Source: an uncultured Pelagibacteraceae bacterium
GTDB lineage: Bacteria > Pseudomonadota > Alphaproteobacteria > Pelagibacterales > Pelagibacteraceae
Length of the DNA: 64,000 nucleotides
NCBI GenBank assembly: GCA_902517495.1
Contig: CABYCO010000004.1
Coordinates: forward strand, 1,267-65,266
Direction of reading: 5' to 3'
Below are positions 1 through 6,753 of this stretch, piece by piece. The notes under the pieces are model-generated. The model was not told the origin of the DNA. It was given only the letters and a program-made list of their open reading frames with translations, and did not search any database. Numbering within the stretch: position 1 is the first letter of the stretch; every line of letters begins with the position of its first letter. The translations under genes and the position numbers were made by a program.

Positions 1-108
1 TTGTTAATTAATTTTGATGATAATCGAATTGTTTATACCCATGCAGTTCACCGAAACTACAATTACAAGTCTCTTGTTTTGAAAGCTATAGATAAAGGAA
101 AATTTTAA
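1..108 (+). CDS. 3' end of an upstream gene truncated by the window edge (unknown product)
   Basis: Frame 1 is open from base 1 to TAA at 106-108 (LLINFDDNRIVYTHAVHRNYNYKSLVLKAIDKGKF*), and the cassette repeat follows 12 bp later as it does for the other island genes. Confidence 0.55.
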   Translation: MLINFDDNRIVYTHAVHRNYNYKSLVLKAIDKGKF

Positions 109-120
109 GGATTATTAATA

Positions 121-172
121 TAAGATTTTATAGGATAACTAGACGTAGACTAGACGTTAGATAGATAGAATA
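121..172 (+). repeat. Island repeat copy 1 (52 bp, containing the ACTAGACGTAG-ACTAGACGTTAG doublet)
   Basis: 48/52 identical to 2693-2744 and 4612-4663 by manual alignment. Confidence 0.95.
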
Positions 173-179
173 TTATAAT
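151..179 (+). promoter_or_regulatory. Putative sigma70 promoter TAGACG-N17-TATAAT for the 827-aa gene
   Basis: -35-like TAGACG (151-156) inside the repeat, 17-bp spacer, perfect TATAAT (174-179), ATG at 190. Confidence 0.5.
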
Positions 180-189
180 TAATAGATCT

Positions 190-2673
190 ATGAAAAAATT
201 TTTAATATTTTTATTATTTTCAATTTTTACTTTTACAAATCCAATATTAGCAGAACAAATTTATTCAGATGAAGCAAAAGAAATGATGGATGATCATGTT
301 AAATCAAGCGAGCTTCTCAAGGTTCCACTTCCCAAAATAAATAGAATTATAAAAGATTATCAAAGATATAAGGATTACCGAACAAATATAATGTCTAATA
401 ACTGGCATTACACTTCTTATGTTTGGAAAGATGAGATGGATGGAAAAATTTTAACTAAAGATTTTTGTATAAATGTTATTAGTGAATTTAAAGTACCAAC
501 AACTCCCACAATTAAAGAAGAGGTGTTTAAAAGATGTTTAGATTCCTTAATGGATTATGCATTAATAAATTTTGATGGGGGTATAAAAATGTTTGAAGAA
601 ATAATACTTAATATTTCAACATCTAAAAAAGATTATTGGGTTTACAAGAAATCAGGTAAAGATAATTTTAATCCTAGAGATTATCAATTATGGGGTGTTC
701 TCTCTCCAATTATGACATTTTATGCAGTTAATTATGATCAGTTTAATTATACAGTAGATGAGCATAAAACTATCCAAAATTATTTTAAAGACAAAGCTAT
801 GATCGAACGTTTTGATAGAGATGGAAATTTCAGTAGAACAAAACTTTGTCCAATCGATAATCCAATGAAATTGAGTGGAAAAAAACATAAAGTTGGTAAT
901 TGTGGCAGTGTTAGATTTAGATTTGCCTCTGCAGAACTGGCCTTAGCAATTTTAATGCAAGACAAAGAACTTTGGGCAAAAGGTTTATGGGATTTGGATT
1001 ATAATCTTAGCATGATTAGTAAAGAAGGGCATTATGTTCCGCATGTTGGCAAAGGATGCCTAGCACTTGGTTATTCACAGGATACAAGTAAATTAATATC
1101 GACTAATGTCGAGTTGTTAAACTTAGCAAATTTTAATTTACTTGATTACAAAACAAGACATGGAAAAACTATAGCAGAAGCTTATGAACAGTTATTTAGG
1201 ATATATGATGATATTACATTAGTTAGACATATAGCCAAAAAAGGTATTGGAGCATCAAAATGTGGAAAAAAACCATTCAAGACTCATCAAGAGCATGTAG
1301 TATATGAGTTTGGTGGAAAAAAACTATATGAAGAGGCATTAGAGGAAAATTGGGAACGCAACAAGGATGATTATATAAATTGGTCAATTAGATTTGTTAC
1401 TAAAAAACATCCAGAATGGTTAAAAGATAAATTTACACCTTATGAAATCAAAGTATATCCATGGTTGAGCCAGTATTATTATGTTCAAGCATTTGAAATA
1501 TTTAATGCAAACATAATGTCCGAAGGAGAAAATATTTGGACAAAAAAACTATCTGAAAAACCAAAAGATTATGAAAAAAGGTTAAGCAATCCTTATTTAG
1601 ATTTAACAATTTTTAATAATGAAAATTTAACATTTAAGCTTAAATCAAATGATGTAAAATTTGCATCAAACACAAATCCTATTAAGCCAAATAAACAAAA
1701 AGATCACGAATTATATAAAGCATTTATTAATGGAAATTTGATATCTGAAGATGATAAAAATATTAAATTTGGTGGGGCATTGGTTTACCAGGATAAATTA
1801 ACAGATGAAATGAAGGATCAAATTTTAGCTGTTTATGTAGGAAGGAAGGCAAATGAAGATGCACTCATGCCTTTGTTTAGACACCGTGAAAATATTATAA
1901 ATAAATGTGGTACGAAATTTAACGAAAGTAGTTGGATGAACTTTATAAGTGAGACTAATAATGTAGAAATTGCAGAAAACCAACAATGTATTTATAATTA
2001 CTTTTCTAAAACAGATGATATCGAGTCTTTAGAATTATTTGAGGCAATCTTGGCTGGTACAAATTCTATATTAAAATATTTAAAAGATAATGAAAATTTA
2101 AGAACTTTACCAAATGATATAAAAAAAATAGCTAAAGCGAAAATAACCGAAGAAATTGTAGAACCAATGAAAGAAATTTTTACAATATTTAATTATGAAA
2201 ATGGAACATTTAAACTTAAATCAAATAATGTAAACTTCTCATCTAATACAAATCCAATTAAACCAAAAAGGCAAAAAGAAGATCAATTATATAAATCAAT
2301 TATTAAAGGAAATTTAATAAATGAAGTTGATAAGAAAGTTAAACTTGAAGAAGCTTTGGTTTATAAGAGAAAACTTGATACTGATGACCAAATTTTAGTA
2401 ATTAATATTGGAGAAGAACCAGGAGAAGATGCTATTATACCTTTCTTTAGACATAGCGAAAATATTCAAAGTAAATGTGGTACTAGATTGTTAAATCAAT
2501 GGGGCTGGATGAGCTTCATAAGTATGACTAAAAATGAGAAAATTGCAAAAAACCAACAGTGTCACTATGATTACTTTAAAGAAACAGACGACGTTGAGGC
2601 TCTTGAATTGTTTGAGAGCGTTTTAGGTGGAACAAGTTCAATTTTAAATTATTTACAAGCCAATGTTAAATAA
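190..2673 (+). CDS. Secreted/periplasmic protein with a putative alginate-lyase-like (alpha/alpha toroid) domain and two tandem ~160-aa C-terminal repeat domains
   Basis: N-terminal signal peptide (MKKFLIFLLFSIFTFTNPILA); central segment resembles alginate lyase family helices (GNCGS..ELALAILMQDKELWAKG..ISKEGHYVPHVGKG..ALGYS..VELL..HGKTIAEAY); internal duplication at aa ~473-632 and ~665-823. Confidence 0.6.
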   Translation: MKKFLIFLLFSIFTFTNPILAEQIYSDEAKEMMDDHVKSSELLKVPLPKINRIIKDYQRYKDYRTNIMSNNWHYTSYVWKDEMDGKILTKDFCINVISEFKVPTTPTIKEEVFKRCLDSLMDYALINFDGGIKMFEEIILNISTSKKDYWVYKKSGKDNFNPRDYQLWGVLSPIMTFYAVNYDQFNYTVDEHKTIQNYFKDKAMIERFDRDGNFSRTKLCPIDNPMKLSGKKHKVGNCGSVRFRFASAELALAILMQDKELWAKGLWDLDYNLSMISKEGHYVPHVGKGCLALGYSQDTSKLISTNVELLNLANFNLLDYKTRHGKTIAEAYEQLFRIYDDITLVRHIAKKGIGASKCGKKPFKTHQEHVVYEFGGKKLYEEALEENWERNKDDYINWSIRFVTKKHPEWLKDKFTPYEIKVYPWLSQYYYVQAFEIFNANIMSEGENIWTKKLSEKPKDYEKRLSNPYLDLTIFNNENLTFKLKSNDVKFASNTNPIKPNKQKDHELYKAFINGNLISEDDKNIKFGGALVYQDKLTDEMKDQILAVYVGRKANEDALMPLFRHRENIINKCGTKFNESSWMNFISETNNVEIAENQQCIYNYFSKTDDIESLELFEAILAGTNSILKYLKDNENLRTLPNDIKKIAKAKITEEIVEPMKEIFTIFNYENGTFKLKSNNVNFSSNTNPIKPKRQKEDQLYKSIIKGNLINEVDKKVKLEEALVYKRKLDTDDQILVINIGEEPGEDAIIPFFRHSENIQSKCGTRLLNQWGWMSFISMTKNEKIAKNQQCHYDYFKETDDVEALELFESVLGGTSSILNYLQANVK

Positions 2674-2692
2674 TAATCAGCTAAAATTTAAA

Positions 2693-2851
2693 TAGGATTT
2701 TATAGGACAACTAGACGTAGACTAGACGTTAGAGAGATAAAATAAAAAAAATTTACTTATTCCACTTGTTCAATTATAAATATTGGCATAAACACTCATG
2801 AAAATAACTAATGCCCTCGTGGTGAAATTGGTAGACACAAAGGACTTAAAA
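2693..2851 (+). repeat. 159-bp direct repeat copy A: island repeat, tRNA upstream region and 5' half of tRNA-Leu
   Basis: 156/159 identical to 4612-4770 (offset 1919 bp); identity ends at the last base of the anticodon loop CTTAAAA. Confidence 0.97.
2813..2851 (+). pseudogene. 5' half of tRNA-Leu(TAA), an att-site remnant
   Basis: GCCCTCGTGGTGAAATTGGTAGACACAAAGGACTTAAAA is identical to 4732-4770 but has no 3' half. Confidence 0.93.
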
Positions 2852-2874
2852 AACATAGGGTAGGGATATTTTAT

Positions 2875-2919
2875 AGTCTCACACAGTCTCATACAGTCTT
2901 AAATCCCATTAAATCCTAC
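2875..2919 (+). repeat. 10-bp-phased short repeats AGTCTC/AGTCTC/AGTCTT and AAATCC x2
   Basis: AGTCT at 2875, 2885 and 2895; AAATCC at 2901 and 2911; 2911-2919 is the reverse complement of GTAGGATTT at 4611-4619. Confidence 0.7.
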
Positions 2920-2977
2920 ATTTTAAAAAACCATTAATTATTTATTATTGGAAAATATGAATGATAAATTCTCTCAA

Positions 2978-3005
2978 ACTAGAAGCAGACTAGAAGCCAG
3001 AGAGA
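2978..3005 (+). repeat. Variant doublet ACTAGAAGCAG-ACTAGAAGCCAG-AGAGA (putative second arm site)
   Basis: Same 11+12 architecture and AGAGA tail as ACTAGACGTAG-ACTAGACGTTAG-AGAGA at 2710-2737. Confidence 0.85.
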
Positions 3006-3074
3006 ATTATGGTTTAAATACGAAATTATTTGATCTATTGTTAAGTGTTAAATTAAATATAATTATTTTATATA

Positions 3075-3482
3075 ATGAACTTTTTAGAAGCTATCACATC
3101 TGCATTTAATAATTATTTCAATTTTAAAGGAAGGGCTACAAGATCAGCTTTTTGGTTTTTTTTACTTTTCGAAATTATATATTTCTTTGTAGCTGGACTC
3201 CTTCTTGGTTTTGCTGGTGTTACTGATGAAGTATTCGCTATTGCAATATTTGTTCTGATTATTCCAGTGATAATACCTGGAATATCACTTACTGCTAGAA
3301 GATTACATGACTTTAATCAATCAGGATGGATGCAGTGTATTTTTATACCTGGTTTCTTTATAGATGAATTTATTGGAACAGGTTATATTATTTACTCACT
3401 AACATTTGTTTTATTTGCAATTTATTGTTCTCAAAAATCAAATACTGCGAAAAATAGATTTGGACCCAAACCAAAAAAATAA
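3075..3482 (+). CDS. DUF805 (YhaH-like) inner membrane protein
   Basis: YFNFKGRATRSAFW...RRLHD.NQSGW...NRFGP motifs and hydrophobic helices. Confidence 0.88.
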   Translation: MNFLEAITSAFNNYFNFKGRATRSAFWFFLLFEIIYFFVAGLLLGFAGVTDEVFAIAIFVLIIPVIIPGISLTARRLHDFNQSGWMQCIFIPGFFIDEFIGTGYIIYSLTFVLFAIYCSQKSNTAKNRFGPKPKK

Positions 3483-3491
3483 ATCTTTTAA

Positions 3492-4589
3492 GTGAAAAAA
3501 ATATTCTTCATTATTCTAATTTTTATTTCAATAAACAATTTTGGTAATGCAGATATATTAAGTTTATTTGATAAATCTTGCATAGAGGGTAATTGTAGGA
3601 ACGGGGATGGAAAGAAACAATTAGAGCATGATATTTATGGTAAAGGTATTTACGAAGGTCAGTTTAAAGACAAAAAACCGCACGGTTTTGGAAAAATAAC
3701 TTATGAACTTGGTGATTATTATGAAGGACAATTTAGGTCTGGTATAATTGAAGGACTAGGTTCATTTTATTTCTCAAATGGTGATAAATATGTTGGATCT
3801 TTTATAAATGATAAATTTTCTGGTAAAGGAACATATACATTTAAAGATGGATCAGAATACATCGGTGAGCATAAAATGGATCAGCCAAATGGAAAGGGAA
3901 TTTGGACCTTCCCAGATGGAAACACATATAATGGGGAAGTTAAAGATGGATTATTTCATGGAGAAGGAACTTACAATTATTCTAATGGATCAAAATATGT
4001 AGGTGAATTTGTATCCAACAAAAGAGAAGGATCTGGTTCTTACATTAATGACATTGGTGAAAAATATGTTGGTGAATTTAAAAATGATGAGTTTAATGGA
4101 CAAGGAACTTATACATCTCCAGATGGCAGAAAATATACTGGTGAGTTTAAAAATAGTTTATTTGATGGCCAAGGAATTTATGAAGAAAGCGACATAAAAT
4201 ATGAGGGAGAGTTTAAAGAAGATAAATATAGTGGTAATGGCACTTTAGTAAGTAGTGAAATTATATATGAAGGAGAATTTAAAAATAATAATATAAACGG
4301 ACAAGGAAAAATAAAATATCTGTCAGATAATTCAAGCTATGAAGGATCCTTTAAAAATGGATTACAAGATGGAATGGGAACATATATTAATGATAGGGGT
4401 GATAAATATGTTGGCGAATTTAAAAATGGTGTGTTTAATGGACAAGGAACTTATACTTGGAAAGAAGGGTCTATTTTTGTAGGTAATTTTATTGATGGAG
4501 TTAGAGATGGATATGGCACAGCTACATATTCTGATGGAATTATTGAAAAAGGTATTTGGAAAAAAGATAAACTTGTAGAATCAAAATAA
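3492..4589 (+). CDS. Secreted MORN-repeat protein
   Basis: GTG start, signal peptide, CIEGNCRNGDG motif, then about 13-14 tandem 23-aa Y.GEFK.....G.G.Y...G repeats. Confidence 0.9.
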   Translation: MKKIFFIILIFISINNFGNADILSLFDKSCIEGNCRNGDGKKQLEHDIYGKGIYEGQFKDKKPHGFGKITYELGDYYEGQFRSGIIEGLGSFYFSNGDKYVGSFINDKFSGKGTYTFKDGSEYIGEHKMDQPNGKGIWTFPDGNTYNGEVKDGLFHGEGTYNYSNGSKYVGEFVSNKREGSGSYINDIGEKYVGEFKNDEFNGQGTYTSPDGRKYTGEFKNSLFDGQGIYEESDIKYEGEFKEDKYSGNGTLVSSEIIYEGEFKNNNINGQGKIKYLSDNSSYEGSFKNGLQDGMGTYINDRGDKYVGEFKNGVFNGQGTYTWKEGSIFVGNFIDGVRDGYGTATYSDGIIEKGIWKKDKLVESK

Positions 4590-4611
4590 GTTTAGATTAT
4601 TAAAAAGATTG

Positions 4612-4770
4612 TAGGATTTTATAGGACAACTAGACGTAGACTAGACGTTAGAGAGATAAAATAAAAAAATTTTACTTATTCCTCTTGTTCAATTATAAAT
4701 ATTGGCATAAACACTCATGAAAATAACTCATGCCCTCGTGGTGAAATTGGTAGACACAAAGGACTTAAAA
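4612..4770 (+). repeat. 159-bp direct repeat copy B, running into the intact tRNA-Leu
   Basis: 156/159 identical to 2693-2851. Confidence 0.97.
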
Positions 4771-4817
4771 TCCTTGCCATTTATGGAGTGCCAGTTCGAG
4801 TCTGGCCGAGGGCACCA
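4732..4817 (+). tRNA. tRNA-Leu(TAA)
   Basis: Acceptor stem GCCCTCG/CGAGGGC, anticodon arm AAGGA-CTTAAAA-TCCTT, long variable arm, GTTCGA T-loop, encoded CCA. Confidence 0.97.
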
Positions 4818-4821
4818 TTAA

Positions 4822-5592
4822 ATGTTAAATCCACATATTCTTTTTGATAATACAAAAACATCAAAAAAAATAAAAAATTTTTTAGAATATAAAATCAAAA
4901 ATATATCATTAGGCAAATGCAATATAATAATTGTTATTGGAGGTGATGGTTTTATGCTTTCAGCGCTTAAAAAATATAATAAGTATAAAAAACCATTTTA
5001 TGGAATTAATGCTGGTAGTTATGGCTTCTTGATGAATAAATTTTCATCTATAAATACAATAAAAAACTTATCTAAAGCAAAACAAGTTACAATCTCACCT
5101 CTAGAAATGACTGTTAAAAATAAATTTAACAAAAGTAAAAAATCAATTGCTATAAATGAAGTATCAATTTTAAGACAAAGCAGACAGACAGCATCATTAG
5201 AAATCTCTAGTGGATCTCAAAAAATAATAAAAAAATTAGTATCTGATGGTATATTAATTTCAACACCTGCAGGAAGTACTGCGTATAATATGTCAGTTTA
5301 TGGTCCTATATTAAACTTAGATTCAAAAAAGTTATCCATTAGACCAATTAGTGCTTTTAGGCCAAGAAGATGGAAGGGAAGGGTGGTTAGCGACAAATCA
5401 AAAATCGTAATTAAAAATTTGAACATTCAAAAAAGACCTATCAGTGCGGTGGCTGATAACTATGAGGTAAGAAATGCAAAAATTATTTCTATTAAAATAA
5501 ATAAAAAAATTAAGTTTAATCTTCTTTATGATTCAAATAGAAGTCTTCAAAAAAAAATTAAAATAGAACAAATCAGAAAAGAAACCAATTAA
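4822..5592 (+). CDS. nadK: NAD kinase
   Basis: GGDGFML, NE and DG...STPAGSTAY motifs. Confidence 0.93.
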   Translation: MLNPHILFDNTKTSKKIKNFLEYKIKNISLGKCNIIIVIGGDGFMLSALKKYNKYKKPFYGINAGSYGFLMNKFSSINTIKNLSKAKQVTISPLEMTVKNKFNKSKKSIAINEVSILRQSRQTASLEISSGSQKIIKKLVSDGILISTPAGSTAYNMSVYGPILNLDSKKLSIRPISAFRPRRWKGRVVSDKSKIVIKNLNIQKRPISAVADNYEVRNAKIISIKINKKIKFNLLYDSNRSLQKKIKIEQIRKETN

Positions 5593-6737
5593 TGAGTAAT
5601 AAGAATTTTGGGTTTGGAACTCAAATTAGGAAATCCCCTTATTTCGATTCTACTGTTAAATGGGGTGCTACTGGTTTTTCAGTATATAATCATATGTATA
5701 TTCCTCGTGATTTTGGAGATCCTGAGCAAAATTTTTGGAATTTAATTGAAACTGCAATACTTTGTGATGTAGCAGTTGAAAGACAAGTTGAAATTACAGG
5801 CCCAGATGCATTTAAATTTATTAAACTATTAACCCCTAGAGATTTATCAAAACTATCCGTTGGACAGTGTAAATACGTTCTAATTACAAATGTAGAGGGT
5901 GGTGTATTGAATGATCCAGTTCTTTTAAGATTAGGAGAAAACCATTTTTGGTTATCTTTAAGTGATAGTGACATTTTATTATGGGCTCAAGGAGTTGCGG
6001 TTAACTCAGGATTCAATGTAAAAATAACAGAACCAGACGTTTCTCCATTGCAATTACAAGGACCAAAGTCCTTTGATATAATGATAAAATTATTTGGAGA
6101 GAGTATTAAGGATTTAAAATATTATTGGTTTAGAGAATTAGAACTAGATGGTATCCCACTAATTGTATCAAGAACTGGATGGTCAAGTGAATTTGGTTAT
6201 GAATTATTTTTAAGAGATGGTTCAAAAGGAAATGAACTTTATGAAAAAATTATGTCAACTGGAAAAGAATTTGGACTTAAACCAGGTCACACTTCATCTA
6301 TTAGAAGAATAGAAGGCGGGATGCTTTCTTACCATGCTGATGCTGATATAAATACAAATCCATATGAATTAGGCTTAGGTAGACTTGTAAACTTAGATGG
6401 TGACATAAATTTTATTGGAAAAAAAGCGCTTAAAAAAATTAAAACTGATGGGATTAAAAAACTACAAGTTGGTTTAGAAATTAAATGTAAAAAGTTAAGT
6501 GGACCAAATACTAAATTTTGGCCTTTAGCAGCCAATAATAAGATTATAGGAAAAGTAACTTCAGCTGTTTATTCTCCACGCTTAAAAAAAAATATTGCTT
6601 TAGCTATGGTTGATATTAATTTCTCAAAACTTGGTTTAGAAATTGATATTTTTATCAATGAAAAGATATTCAAATGTCAAGTAATTGAAAAACCTTTTTT
6701 TGATCCTAAAAAAAAAATTACATCAAAAAACTATTAA
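5592..6737 (+). CDS. GcvT/DmdA-family aminomethyltransferase (folate-dependent demethylase)
   Basis: YNHM, DVAVERQVEI, NDPVLLRL, LQGPKS, SRTGWSSEFGYE and RRIEGG motifs. Confidence 0.88.
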   Translation: MSNKNFGFGTQIRKSPYFDSTVKWGATGFSVYNHMYIPRDFGDPEQNFWNLIETAILCDVAVERQVEITGPDAFKFIKLLTPRDLSKLSVGQCKYVLITNVEGGVLNDPVLLRLGENHFWLSLSDSDILLWAQGVAVNSGFNVKITEPDVSPLQLQGPKSFDIMIKLFGESIKDLKYYWFRELELDGIPLIVSRTGWSSEFGYELFLRDGSKGNELYEKIMSTGKEFGLKPGHTSSIRRIEGGMLSYHADADINTNPYELGLGRLVNLDGDINFIGKKALKKIKTDGIKKLQVGLEIKCKKLSGPNTKFWPLAANNKIIGKVTSAVYSPRLKKNIALAMVDINFSKLGLEIDIFINEKIFKCQVIEKPFFDPKKKITSKNY

Positions 6738-6753
6738 AAAAACAAATTGTAAA

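Larger units (their letters stand above)
2852..4770 (+). mobile_element. Integrase-less 1.9-kb cargo cassette (DUF805-like and MORN genes) integrated at tRNA-Leu
   Basis: Bounded by the duplicated tRNA 5' half; no recombinase ORF inside. Confidence 0.75.

Noticed and set aside
2813-2900. Second functional or intron-split tRNA-Leu
   Set aside because: No 3' half (T arm or acceptor strand) follows. The only 3' half belongs to the intact gene at 4732-4817, and the intervening DNA has protein genes with no group I/II intron features.
3808-4197. Two 64-aa alternative-frame ORFs inside the MORN gene
   Set aside because: They are shadow ORFs produced by the repetitive codon pattern and have no independent coding evidence.
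3492-4589. DGR target or nucleotide tandem-repeat locus in the MORN gene
   Set aside because: The similarity follows the 23-aa protein repeat with degenerate codons; there is no reverse transcriptase or adenine-specific TR/VR pair.
121-4663. CRISPR array interpretation of the island repeats
   Set aside because: The repeats are separated by 1.9-2.6 kb of coding DNA rather than 30-40 bp spacers, and there are no cas genes in the window.
121-4663. Classical integron attC sites
   Set aside because: The repeat is a direct doublet without the long imperfect palindrome bounded by RYYYAAC/GTTRRRY, and no intI is visible. Only the gene-plus-downstream-site layout is analogous.
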